This document shows, piece after piece, positions 41,171 to 54,660 of a DNA stretch of 64,000 nt (its first letter is position 1; every line of letters begins with the position of its first letter). A model generated the notes under the pieces. It saw only the letters and a list, made by a program, of their open reading frames with translations, ran no database searches and was not told the DNA's origin. A program made the translations under genes and the position numbers. The DNA lies in NCBI RefSeq assembly GCF_006345805.1, contig NC_043005.1, positions 58,094,001-58,158,000 on the forward strand, read 5' to 3'. Origin of the DNA: Octopus sinensis (taxonomy: Eukaryota).

Positions 41171-41708
41171 AAGAGAATCAGAAAAAAACTGCTTTTCATT
41201 GAATTCTTTACATTCTGAGTTCAAATCCCACTAAAGTCAACTTTGACTTCCATCCCTTCAGGGTTTGATAAAGTATTAATTTAAGCACTGAGGTTGACAT
41301 AATTAACACCATCCCCTCAAAACAATTGGCTTTGTGTCGAAATTATACATATACACACACACACTGAACTTCTTTCAGTTCCTCTTGTCCAAATTCTCTT
41401 GCAAGGTTTTGGTTGATCCAGGGCTTTAGAAGATAGTTGCCCAAGGTGCCACAAAACAGGACCGAATTTGAAACCATGTGGTTGGGTAGCAAACTCCAGT
41501 CACACATCTATGTATTTCTAGTCATTTAATTTTTATTATCATCAAAACCATTCTGTATTCCCACATTCTTCAATCATTATGGGAAATTTCTTTTCCAAAT
41601 ATCTTGCCCATCAGCCAATTGAAAAACCACCTGGGTATCTTAATTTTTTCCATATATTTCGAATTACAGATTTCCTGCACCACTCTTTAGGTTTTGTCAA
41701 AAGATCAG
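41171..41708 (+). repeat. Local duplication of about 540 bp, copy 2
   Basis: See copy 1 at 36997-37537. Confidence 0.92.
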
Positions 41709-41938
41709 CTTCCACACCCATTGAAACTTTTACTGAAAAATAAAACAACACTCCCCTCCTCTTACCCTCTACCTATAGAGCCATCAGTAGCCTTATCTTA
41801 TCATGCATTGTATCCCCTTCTCCAACCACTCAAAAACCCTTCCACTCCCTGGTCTTTTGGATATAGCTCTTTAAAAACACTCAATAGCTAACTCCCATTA
41901 AAAAAACGCAGTACATGTGAGCCTTTTTAGAAATTATT

Positions 41939-42026
41939 TTCCCTGATGGAGGAGGTGGTGTCCATTAATGGAGGTAAATATCTTTTATATGACTGGACAG
42001 CCGGACACCCAGAAATGGCCGTAGGA
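41939..42026 (+). ncRNA. Degenerate hammerhead-like motif with a long stem II, inside a pyrimidine-rich Penelope-like segment (about 41710-42100)
   Basis: tcc-CTGATGG-A-g...GGTGTCC...GGACACC-ca-GAAA-TGGCCG-TA-gga, with an A9G change and a near-palindromic helix III. Confidence 0.4.
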
Positions 42027-42252
42027 TTATTAACTAGATTAGTAATCTTATTTTATAGACTCTTAACTCTTTTTATGATTTTGTTTTATAATCTGTAAGT
42101 CAACCTGTATTTATTCTATCGGTCTCTTTTGCCAAACCACTAAGTGACGGGGACATAAACACACCACCATCGATTGTCAAGCGATGCTAGGGGAACAAAC
42201 ACAGACACACAAACATACACACACACATATATATATATATATATACACACAC

Positions 42253-42708
42253 ATATATACGACGGGCTTCTTTCAGTTTCTCTCTACCAAATCTACTCAC
42301 AAGGCTTTGGTTGGCCTGAGGCTATAGTAGAAGACACTTGACCAAGGTGCCATGCAGTGGGACTGAACCCGGAACCATGTGGTTGGTAAACAAGCTACGT
42401 ACCACACAGCCACTCCTGCATCTATATATTTATATATTCTTATATGTATATTTTTAATGTATTGATTACTCTATACATATTTTAATACGTTTAATGTATT
42501 GAACATACTTTTGGAGAAATGCATCCACGTTGTCTTTAGGGTTGAATAAATATAAATGTAAACTTGATTTGCCCAACTTTGATTCTTACTTCTACATTGT
42601 TCTAATGCCTCAGGTTTGAATATCTTGAGCACTTCAAGGTGATGCCTATGCATTGGAGAAAATCTTTTCCCTTATAATCATATATATACACATATGTGTG
42701 TGTATATA

Positions 42709-42739
<31 letters not shown>

Positions 42740-43188
42740 CATACACATATATACGACGGGCTTCTTTCAGTTTCTGTCTACCAAATCTACTCACAAGGCT
42801 TTGGTTGGCCTGAGGCTATAGTAGAAGACACTTGACCAAGGTGCCATGCAGTGGGACTGAACCCGGAACCATGTGGTTGGTAAACAAGCTACGTACCACA
42901 CAGCCACTCCTGCATCTATATATTTATATATTCTTATATGTATATTTTTAATGTATTGATTACTCTATACATATTTTAATACGTTTAATGTATTGAACAT
43001 ACTTTTGGAGAAATGCATCCACGTTGTCTTTAGGGTTGAATAAATATAAATGTAAACTTGATTTGCCCAACTTTGATTCTTACTTCTACATTGTTCTAAT
43101 GCCTCAGGTTTGAATATCTTGAGCACTTCAAGGTGATGCCTATGCATTGGAGAAAATCTTTTCCCTTATAATCATATATATACACATA

Positions 43189-43210
<22 letters not shown>
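42253..43210 (+). repeat. Tandem duplication with a 494-bp period
   Basis: Identical 60-aa ORFs at 42471 and 42965; the junctions lie in (TA)/(CA) microsatellites. Confidence 0.95.
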
Positions 43211-43242
<32 letters not shown>

Positions 43243-43245
43243 TAA

Positions 43246-43400
43246 TTTAATATATACAATCACAAAAGAGCTAGTAGTTTCATGCTTTAAGATACATTAA
43301 ATTGGCAAATTATATAACATTGCATGTTATAAATTTGCCAATTTAATGCATCTTAAACTATGAAACTATTAGTACCTCTGTTATAGTTGCGTATATTAAA
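43246..43400. repeat. Imperfect palindrome of about 155 bp centred near 43322
   Basis: tagtttcat..tttaagatacattaaattggcaaatt.tataaca / tgttataaatttgccaatttaatgcatcttaaa..atgaaacta. Confidence 0.85.
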
Positions 43401-43977
43401 TGATATCTATCTCTCACTGGACAGAGTACTTTTTTTGTTGATCCTACCTATAACATATATATATATATATAAATTTATATAAATAAGGATAAGGTCATTA
43501 TTTAAATATCGATCTTATTAAGTGGCCAGCATGGGAATAAAAACCTTCAAAAGAAATAATCATTATTAAAATTATAATTTAGGGTATCTAAGATATATAT
43601 ATATATATACACACACAAACATGCACACACTATACTATATATATGTGTGTGTGCATATGTGTATAATGTTTTAAACAGATTGCAGTATTTAAGACCATAG
43701 TACTTTAAGATGAAATTCTGAATTTAACTATATGAGAAACACGATACAGAATAAAATGAATATCAGAAGTAGTACTACAGCTGAAGTGGGCACTCCAACA
43801 TGGCCTCAAACTGATAACTGAAACCAGTAAACAGTTATATCAGAAGATATTTCGCAATTTATCCCGAAGTAACATTTCAGAAATGTAATAGCTTGAGAGA
43901 GCATTAAACCTGATCTTCAACCTGTTTAGGCCTTATCAGTTTTAGTGAGGTGAGAATTACAAATATGCTCTCTCAGT

Positions 43978-44037
<60 letters not shown>

Positions 44038-44193
44038 CGAGATGTGTGTGTATATGTGCCTTGATGTTATGTGATGTCTAGTCATAGAGAAATATTAATC
44101 TCACTGCACAGCACCTCAGGTAAATATCATAGCACCAGGCCAACCAACAACTTACAAGTGGATCTGACAGATGGAAACTGAAAGAAGCCAGAC

Positions 44194-44248
<55 letters not shown>

Positions 44249-44324
44249 TGTTCGGGCACTGCAGCCGTACTGCATATCTAGGATGAGAAAGCCTGGTGGA
44301 GCCCATTCCTCCCCAGGCTAAACT

Positions 44325-44770
44325 CAATTCTACAGCTGAGTGGACAGGAGCAATGTGGAATGAAGTGTTTTGCTCAAGAAAACACTGGATCGCCCGTTCC
44401 GGGGATTGAAACCACAATCTTATGTTCATGAATCCAACACTCTAACCACTACGCAATGGGCCTCCACTAGTAGTACTCATTTCTACAGCTGAGTGGACTG
44501 GAGCAATGTGGAATGAAGTGTTTTGCTCAAGAACACACTGGATCGCCCGGTCCGGAGATTGAAACCACAATCTGATGTTCATGAATCCAACACTCTAACC
44601 ACTACGCAATGGGCCTCCACTAGTAGTACTCATTTCTACAGCTGAGTGGACTGGAGCAATGTGAAGTAAAGTGTTTCGCTCAAAAACACAATACATCACC
44701 TGATCCAGGTGAAACTATAATCTTACGATTGTGAGATCAACTCCCTAACCACTAAGCCACGTGCTTCCAC
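44325..44770 (-). repeat. Three head-to-tail SINE-D heads with a 153-bp period
   Basis: ca(a/t)ttctacagctgagtggac recurs at 44325, 44478 and 44631; the first two units are nearly identical. Confidence 0.9.
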
Positions 44771-45429
44771 ACACATATATACATACATACAGAAACATAC
44801 AAAGTGATCTGCAGGTGCAACTTTGGCAACAAATATTATATAACAGCAGAAAATTACATTACACAATGCCATAGGGAATATTTATCAATTCTAGACATCC
44901 ATATGTAAAAAGGAAAGCAATTGCTACCCTCTCACAAGCTAAAAGAAAAAAGTAAATATAAAAAGGAGTTTAAAACACAAGGGGAAAAATTAAATTTGAG
45001 TGAAAATTAATTTAAATTGGGTACAAAATATTATATGCAGTACCCTCCAGTTGTTTAACAGAATCTTATAGAAATCTTTAATTCTATTTATCTATCTTCC
45101 ACTTGCATATTTTCCTTGAAATTACTTTCTATTCTCCTGACAAATCACAATATATAAATAAACAAACACAACTTATTAGCAATAAACAATCATGTGTGTG
45201 TGAGTGTGTGAGACGGTGGTGGCGGAAGCTGTGAGCAGATACACTATGCATATCAATGAATGTTTCTGAATTTCAAACTGGAGCTAAAATAATTATCTGA
45301 ACATTTGCAAATCATAGAGAAAGTGTTTGGAATTTTAAAATTTATCACAAATACACACGGGCTAATAATGAGATTAGTTTAAAATAATATTAGTAAACTT
45401 GAACGATGCAATAACAAAGTCATTACAAT

Positions 45430-46790
45430 AATAATAATAATAATCCTTACTTCTATAGGCACAAGGCCTGAAATTTTTTAGGAGGAGGAGCTTAGTTGAT
45501 TAAATCGATCTCAAAAGGATGAAAGGCAAAGTCAACTGTGGCAGAATTGGAACTCAGAACGTAAAGATGGAAGAAATGCCATGAAGCATTCTGTCCAGCA
45601 TGGTTCTGTCAGCTCGCCATCTTAATAATAATAATGATTTCAAAGTTTGGCACTAGGTCAGCAATTTCAGGGAAGGGGTAAATTGATTCCATTGACCCCA
45701 GTGCTCCACTGGTACTTATTTTATCGGCCCCTGATGGGATGAAATGCAAAGTTGACCTCGGCAGAATTTGAACTCAGAATGTGATGGCAGGTGAAATGCT
45801 GCTAAACAATTTTTCCAGCATGCTAATACTTCTGCCAGCTCACCATCTCAATAATAATACTAGTTTCAAATCTTGGCACAAAGCCACTAGTTTTCTGTGG
45901 GGAGGAGGTTAGTCAATTATAGTGGCCCCCCAGTACTTATTTTATTGACCCTGTAAAGATGAAAGGCAAAGCTGATCTCAGTTGGAATTCATACTAAAAA
46001 ATGCAAAGCCAGAAGAAATAATGGTTTAAAATTTTGGAACAAAGCCAGCAAGTTCGGGGTAGAGGGTAAGTTGATTACGCTGACCCCAGCATTCAACTGG
46101 TACTTATTTTATCGACCACCCCAAAAGAAAGAACTGCAAAGTCAACCTTGGCAGAATTTGAACTCAGAATGTAATGAGCCTCAAAAATGTCACTTAGTAT
46201 TTTGTCCCATGAACTAACAATTCTGCCAGTTTGTTACTTTGATAATAATAAAAATAATATTAACAGTGGTAATTTTTTTTTACATTGGACATAAGGCCAC
46301 ACATTTGAAGATGGAGACAGTTCTGTCATAATCCCATTCATATTGAAGATACTTTGTACATATTTTATCAATCCCAAATGAGCAAAGTCAACCTCAGTGG
46401 AATTCCAACTCAAAACATAAAGATGGACAAAATGCTGTGAAGCATTTTGTCTGGTGTACTGACAATTCTGCCAGCTTGTTGCCTCAAAGTGGTTTAAAAT
46501 TTTGGCACAAGGCCAACAAGCTTGGGTAAGTGAGCAGGTTGATTACATCAAAACCAGTATTCAACTAGTACTTATTTTATCAACCCCCAGAAGGATGAAC
46601 AGCAAAGTCAACCTCAGTGGAATTTGAACTCAGAATGTAAAAGCAGCTGAAATGCCACTGATCCTTTTTGTGTGGTGTGCTAAGCCAGCTCATTGCCTTA
46701 AAGCTGAAAGAAATATTGCTAAATATTTTGTCCAGTGAGGTAATGATTCTGTTAGTTTACCACCTAAACATGTAATGATAATGATAATAA
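45430..46790 (-). mobile_element. Head-to-tail cluster of about 6-7 diverged SINE-B-related copies separated by (AAT)n; similar clusters at about 7420-8350, 20620-22560, 30330-30920 and 36500-37160
   Basis: Repeated ggatgaaaggcaaagtcaacct...gaatttgaactcagaat modules in the same orientation. Confidence 0.85.
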
Positions 46791-48043
46791 TAATCTTATT
46801 TTTTTAAATATTAAATTTTGAAAGGTCAAACATTTTAAAAAATGAAGGATCAAAAAGAATGTTTGTTTATTACATATAGGTTAACTTGGATAGTTTGGCC
46901 ATCAAAGTCAATTCTCTACATACTTAATAATGAGAAATTTCTTTCTTTCATGAAGTTTTTATTAGTGTAGATCTGTGTTTCACAAGTGCGAGCACTTAAC
47001 TAGTGGCGGTGGAGCAAGAGGCAACCTAATTGCTAATTCTCAAGTTTTAGTGGAGTGATTTCACTTCTTTTCCTCTCAAAACCCAAGATCATATTTTCTG
47101 GCATTGAAGTTCACATAGTATAGAATGTAAACATTAGTATAACCCTTTAGCATTTAAACCAGTCATATCCAACCAAAATATTCTACCTGTTTTATGTTCA
47201 AACTGTCAAGATCTGGTCTCTTATACCTACCCTACAATATCATTGTAAAAATATACAACTGCATCATCAAAATCTCAAAGCTATGAGATAATCCGTGATT
47301 AATTCAAAATGATGTAAATGAATATTAAAGGATTAAACAGACATTGTAACAATCTTTCCAAATTCTGCAGCAATTCCCATGGTATATTTGGTCCTCTTAA
47401 GCTGTTTTGATGCATTAAGTTGACCTACCTTTTAAAGCTGTAAATTTTCATCTGAAAAATTTGACTTGTATGCTGGGAAATATGGCAGTTCTTACTTGAA
47501 ATGCATTGCCAGGCTTGACTTCACAGTGTGGAACCTTGGTAAAGCGTCTTTACCCCATAGCTTTGGGTTGGCCAAGCTTTGAAAGTAAAAATAAGTAGAC
47601 GGAAACTGTGCAGGAATATGTCAGTTGAACCATACCCGTTTTTTGTTGCTTTTTTTTTTTTTTTGCGGCAGATTAACACAACCTGACAATTGGGTTTGGG
47701 TATCTTTTTACGTAATTCACACTATGGAAAATATTTAGAAACTAAATCTATGGTCTGAAGTTAACTTGATATTGAGTTTTACTATTTTCTACTCCAAGAG
47801 CTCTTATATATTGTATTTCTTCTTTTTACCCACAACAATATTCAAGGATCTGCATGAATCATGCACAATACCTTTATGTGGCACTGGCATGGGTGGTACC
47901 AGTATCTATGAACCTGCAAGACTAGGATCTATTGGCTGAGAGAGCGATGTAGATGACATACCTGTATGCATGGGCAGCCATGATTTTACTGAGCTTTATG
48001 ATTGGAATTGCTCAAATTGATGTAGACATACACAGATATAAAT

Positions 48044-48445
48044 TACATGGAAAAATGCAAGAGAAATAATATTCTTAAGATTATAAGCCTGGAAAAATTA
48101 CAGGACAAGTTATTACTCTTTTAACATAAAGAATTTGCCAGCCATATATACTATTCTACTTTGCATAAAACTTTAGCTATATTGGTACTTCTGGCTCTCA
48201 TTTTTTAAATATTCTAGTGTCAATATTTTAACAAAATGATGGTACCTTTTTTTAATTATAATGTTACTTTGTAAATTAAAATCAAATAATTTTATCCTTA
48301 GCTGCAATATTTTAAGTAAAAAATTTCTTGTTTTGTACTTTACCAGATGTAATAAGTTGTCCTGAACTTTTCTAAGTGTAATAACTTGTTCTGTAATTTT
48401 CCAGGTTTATAATCTCATATTCCCTTGCTCGCATTTTTTCATGTA
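48044..48445. mobile_element. MITE-like element with imperfect TIRs of about 70 bp
   Basis: tacatggaaaaatgc...gattataagcctggaaaaattacaggacaagttattac versus gtaataacttgttctgtaattttccaggtttataatc...gcattttttcatgta. Confidence 0.7.
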
Positions 48446-51400
48446 CCCCGTATTTTTTTCAAGATATGCTATTATGCTAATTAATAATGTGTCAAATATG
48501 TCAATTAACAGATGACACTGATAATTTTTTCTTTACCTCAATGATGCGGTGACATGTATTAAAAGTCCATTTCTAGAATTATATTCATTAAAAAGTATAA
48601 AATTATATTATCACCCTCAAAGATGAGAAACAAACACTCATATCATTTATCTTTTAAAACCTTTTTTTTGCATGAGATTGATACCATGAAATTCCTCGAA
48701 CTGAGCTCTGTAATTAAAATATAGTTTGTTTTTAAAATAAAGTTAATTATACTTAAATCCAATTTTTTGCCTTATATTTTTTTCATGATATTTTACCTCA
48801 CAACTTTTTTGATACAAATTTTTGTTGCATGGGAACAAAACTATGAAATTCTTTATGCTTTCTTCTATCATTGAAGCTAAGATAAATATATTTTGCTTTC
48901 AAAATAAAAAAGTTATTTAGATCCAAATTTGATTGATGGCATAACTTACTCTCCTATAACGTTGCAACAAATTTTGATGTAAACTTTTTCCTACAGGTTC
49001 AAATCTCGATGTTTTTTATGCCAAAATGTAGCTAGGGTGCAGCCCTCTTCAAAAATATTAAGTTTTCAATTTGGTTAAGAAGTGAATTAGCAATAAGCTC
49101 TGAAAGATGATGTAAGTTGCAGCCTTAAGAAAATTATTCAACTACTACCATAGTTGAATGATAGATATATACAATGGACTTCTTTCAGTTTCCATCTACT
49201 AAATCCATTCATAAAGCTTGGGTTAGCCTAATGCTACAGTAGAAGAAACTTGCCCAAGCTGCCACACAATAGGACTGAACCTGGAACCATGTGGTTGGGA
49301 AGCAAGCTTCTTACCACACAGCTATGCCTGCACCTATTTATTCACATAAAAAAAAAAAAATTAATCCTGCATTATCTGGTAACTTCAAGATTTCACTGAT
49401 ATGATTGTTTAAGATCAAATAACGGTCAGTTTAAACTCTAAAAATTTAAGACAAATGAAGATCAAGCATTCAATAGGAACCAACTGCGCTGTTAACAAGT
49501 TATGAACATATCTGGTTTTACATTCTACCAAAAATTAACACTATATTGTGACCATGGCATAATCTCTATTGCCTAATTTATGAAGCTAAATAAACACTTA
49601 GACACATATAACTATACTCTCAAAAGACAAGTACAACAATATCCTGAAAATATAAGGCCATACAGGGTGTTCAGACTACCCTGCATCACCACAAAAAAAA
49701 AAAAAAAAATTTGTAGGCGCAGGAGTGGCTGTGTGGTAAGTAGCTTGCTTACCAACCACATGGTTCCGGGTTCAGTCCCACTGTGTGGCATCTTGGGCAA
49801 GTGTCTTCTGCTATAGCCCCGGGCCGACCAATGCCTTGTGAGTGGATTTGGTAGACGGAAACAGAAAGAAGCCTGTCGTATATATGTATATATATGTATA
49901 TATGTGTATGTGTGTGTGTGTGTTGTCCCCCTAGCATTGCTTGACAACCGATGCTGGTGTGTTTACGTCCCCATAACTTAGCGGTTCAGCAAAAGAGACC
50001 GATAGAATAAGTACTGGGCTTACAAAGAATAAGTCCTGGGGTTGATTTGCTCGACTAAAGGCGGTGCTCCAGCATGGCCGCAATCAAATGACTGAAACAA
50101 GTAAAAGAGTAAAGAGTATAAGCTGCAGATTCCACAGCCTTACTAACTCTAAAGACTGTTGTATGATATAGACCATCACCATCATGATAAATAAACAACA
50201 CAGAATACTTTGATCACTCATGCTCTGAATATGTCTTACCTTGCATCTGCTGGCCACTACCAGAATTTACAGGGGTACATAAGTAGACTGGATAGTGGTG
50301 ACAGTGCAACGTATCCAAGCCATTATCCTCAGCAAAGCAGTGTCCTGGGTAAGATTTCAAACTGGAACTGGTTGTGGGGCCTCGATACAGGAATTCTAGG
50401 GTTTTGAGGAGTGTGGAACCACTTGTTAGTTACTATTGGTTCCAGGTCTACCCTGACCTGGAGTAGTAGCACTTGCTGGGGTGCCAGCTATGGTTTAACT
50501 AGTATGTGTACCACATGCTTCAAACCCAGACTACATCTGCTCTGAAAATTAATGGTGACTTGGTCATCAAATCCACTGTGATGGTTGACAACAAACAGCA
50601 AGCTGCGTTGCTACAGACAACATGTGTCGGTGGCACATAAAAACACCATCCGAGCGTGGGCGTTCGCCAGCCTCGTCTGGCACCTGTGTCGGTGGCACAT
50701 AAAATCACCCACTACACTCTCGGAGTGGTTGGCGTTAGGAAGGGCATCCAGCTGTAGAAACACTGCCAGATCTGACTGGCCTGGTGCAGCCTTCGGGCTC
50801 CCCAGACCCCAGTTGAACCGTCCAACCCATGCTAGCATGGAAAGCGGACGTTAAATGATGATGATGATGATGTATGCATGTATGGAAAGGACCACATGTG
50901 AACTTGTATTCCTACTGAAACGCTGAACATGAACTCTGCACTTCAACAACAAATGACTAATGCTATGATGTTTGTGCTATCTGATGTGCTTCCTTTCCCA
51001 GAGGATGTATTTATTTGTTAAATTTGCAAGTGGGATTTTTGGGCTGCAGGTAGGAGCATTACTTTGCCTGCTAGAATGTTAGGGTTGACTGTCAGATGTG
51101 GTCAGCATTTGTGAGGGACATGGTAAACTCGTTTATCAGAGCAGGCTCAACCCTGGGTGGCTGCCACTGCAAATATAAGTCTTATAATAAAAAAACAGAT
51201 CCCCAGATTGTGCCTGGTCATGATTAAAAACCTGTATGATATAGGTGTCTGCTCAGAACCGAACTGGCCTAAGCAATAACACAAAATGTTTATCAACAAT
51301 GTTGTTGTTTGAACAGTTAGAAATAACAGCCAAATTTCTCTCAAAATACATCCAAACATCTTTGAAAAAGGGCATTTGTATTACTACAGTCTTCCAGAGC

Positions 51401-52418
51401 AGAGGACTACAAAAACATATATGCCCCTTTTTCAAAGTTGAACCACCACATAACAAATCAATGAGTCACAATACGGTAGATGTGGCTCTTTATTTTTGAC
51501 AAAGCCATGAGGAAGGCAACTCTTCTAGAACAGAGATACACTGACATAAAAACTAAGTCAAAATTATACTAGTCATCTTGCAATGCTTGTCACTGGAGCC
51601 TACTATTGTGAAAGAGAATGGCAAAAGTGTTGTAAAGGATTTTGTCACTTAAATCCAATGCAGTACAGATGTCTCACAATATGAGATAGCTATCTGACAG
51701 GATGAGGCCTTCATCGATATAATCTTATATAAGTGCATGCACACACAAATGCAGTATGGGTAAAAAGTTCAGTTCCACATGAATTAGGTACAGTTTCCTC
51801 GCATGGCACTTTGGACAAACCAAACAACGCTGCTTGCAAGTGAATTTGTTTGACAAACTATACAAACTATTATATCCATATCTGTATATCCTCTCTATCT
51901 CTATCTCTCATGTATACATACATACATAATTTATATGCTACCAGTGATCATGATATCTAGGACTATAAAAATATGCAAAGGATGATGGTTAACACAAGAT
52001 GCTTTCCCTCAAAACCTTGCTACCAAGTAGGTGGTCAGTAAAAATTTATTTTAAATTAAAAAGAGGAGAACAAACGAACATGTGCATGTACTTACATACA
52101 TATAAGGTACCTGAAATGTAACAATATTAATGTCCAGCTGTCTTCACAGCAAAGTCAAGCATTTTCCTTTCATATTGTCTGGGTGAAAAAATTTGTAAAT
52201 CTGTTGTTGGACAAAACAGTAGTTTCTAGTCACATAGCATGAAGATTACTACCAACCACCTTCTAGCAATTTTAAACAGTAAATACTCAGCTTCATATTA
52301 TGAGTTTGTGTGTTGCTGCTTTTTAGCTAAATTGCTGCCTATGTGTATGCACTCTGCTATTGGTGGTGCTGAGACAAATCATAATTAATGAGTCAACAGC
52401 CACCATGTGTGTGTGTGT

Positions 52419-52453
<35 letters not shown>

Positions 52454-53884
52454 CTGTGTATAAAAGGGTAAAGACCCCCTTTGGTCAAATGACCATGGGA
52501 TTGCACCTTAGAAAGTTCTCCAAGGTACAAATCTGAGCACGGTTGTTTATGGAAGACCAGCAGTTGCCCATGCATACCAGCCTCCCCTCTCCATACCACC
52601 AAGGGAAAGGTCAATACAGCTTAGCACCTCATGTTGCAACTCATTTCTGCAGCTGAGTGAAGTGAGGCAACATGAAATAAAATGCCTTCCTCAAGAACAC
52701 AAAATACGGCCCAATCCAGGAATCAAACTCACTACCACCTGATTGTGAGCCTGGCACTCTAACCACTGAGCCATGTGTCTTGTTCACTTTCTGTAACTGT
52801 GTGCAAAACGACTGAGTTATATGAGATTTATCTGTTGTTTCCTTGTGAACAAATAATCCCGTGGCTCTACACTTCTAAAGAAACATAAATAAATATAATT
52901 CCCTTACTTGAAAGCAGTAAGCATTTATGAAGAAAGGGTATCTGACTGTAATTAAAAATGCATCAACATTTAACTAGCTAATCCATCCTCGCATGGCAAA
53001 AATAAATGAACTGATTACATAGTAGGGGCCTGTAGTTTCAATCTCTCAAAGTATAGATCAAACTGAGTCTGTATCGGTGAAAGATTCTCAAACTGTTGAA
53101 GAGTTTGGAACCAGCTGTATGTAATGCTATGATTGTGCCTATAATGAACTATTTAATAGTGCACGCTACCTTGATGAAGCTATATAAATGTAACAATATA
53201 TATATATATATATATATATAGACAGAGAGAGAGAGGGGGGGGGGGAGAAAGATTACTTTTTCTTTCTCTGGAAAAAAAAAATTAATAGATATAAATTAAA
53301 AATTATTTCTCAAACATTTTTAGTCTTGAAAACGAAAATTAATTTTTATCAATGTTAAATGTTCACTGAACAGAAAAAAATGCAGTTAAAAACAATGTTA
53401 ATAGTTTTAAAAAATTACATTTTATTAGGTGTTAAAAATTTGTAAAACATTTTGGGTTTATGTTTTGCTGAGTAAAGAGAAAATATTTATGTGTGTATGT
53501 ATCTTGTTATCAAATATATAATATGCTGCTAGAAAGTTAATTTCACGTTAAGTAATTTAAGGGAATTATTCCACAAAAGATAAACTTCATCTAGTTGGAT
53601 AATAATTTGTTTTCTTGGTACATTTGTCCATTCCGGGTATTTCTATATCAAACTCCTTGAAGATTATTGTTAGTTACAGGGAGATTTTTTTTATACTATG
53701 TGATGAGAGATACAGTTCTCAAAATAGAATGATCTGCAGCAGAAGGTGTACTATAAGGGAAGATTGTAAATACTTACTAAATAACATGTAGTGGAAGTAG
53801 ACAATTCATTCTTTCAGTGTTAGGATGTGACATCATAGCCTCAAATAATTTATATGCTTATTTGCTAAGGCTAACAATGATGTA

Positions 53885-54660
53885 CAAGGTGTTTGGACTA
53901 AATCTGACAATATTTTGTTTCCTTTCTTCAAGAACAGATTGATGTACTGGTGAACAGTTAACAACATTCAAGAGCATAAAGATTAAAGATGTAGTCAAAG
54001 AGGTAGTTGACGTGGAGGATTGGAAGCCATCTGAACATTGGAAAACAGTTACCTGTATCATGACTGCTGCTTAATGCTCCATGAACACTGTAAAAGCTGT
54101 CAGACATGACATGGAGTCCACAAAAACTAAGTTCTGCCAAACTGCGGTTGCACTGAGGTTCAACTCAGACGGCTATGTGACGCTGCTGGAGACTTTAGTC
54201 AAACTCTGGTTGGAGAGGGTTGCTGCTGGAAAGCCATATGTATGGCAGCAAGATTCGACCCCTTACCATACTGCCAGAAAAAGTCAGATGTGGTTATCAG
54301 AGAATTTCTAACACTTCACCAGCTCTAATTCCCACCAACTGTAATTCCATGGATTACTATGTGTGGAGTGCAGCTGAGAAAGACACCAACCACTTTGCTT
54401 GTAACACCAAGCTGAGCTGGTGGCCAATGTCAAAGACGTGTTCAAAGATCTTCCCAGGGACACAGTGAGGAACACATGCACCAGGTTCCAAAGCTATCTT
54501 TGGCCATGGTTAAAGCTGAGGACAGCTACTTTGAGTAAACTGTTATCCCCCAGCCACAATTTAGTTGATAATTTATGATTTTTTTAAATACTTATTTTTC
54601 AATAGAATATGTTTTTTTTTTCCTTTTAAGCAAACTGTCAAATTTAGCCTGAACACCCTG
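53885..54660 (+). mobile_element. Internally deleted Tc1/mariner element with a transposase pseudogene
   Basis: TA flanks at 53883 and 54661, TIRs caaggtgtttggactaaatctgaca / tgtcaaatttagcctgaacaccctg, and catalytic motifs YVWQQDSTPYHT and CNSMDYYVWS in shifted frames. Confidence 0.9.

Noticed and set aside
43907-43945. Minus-strand CTGATAA-GGCCT-aaac-AGGTT-GAAG hammerhead-like string (and a similar weak one near 38643)
   Set aside because: Too many core and stem mismatches to distinguish from chance.
48600-49128. Possible TTAA-terminated DNA transposon remnant with internal subrepeats
   Set aside because: Only one putative terminus was seen and I could not find a matching inverted end.
49716-49790. 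tRNA-like sequence with A and B boxes
   Set aside because: SINE head continuing into the SINE body; no complete cloverleaf, so not called a tRNA gene.
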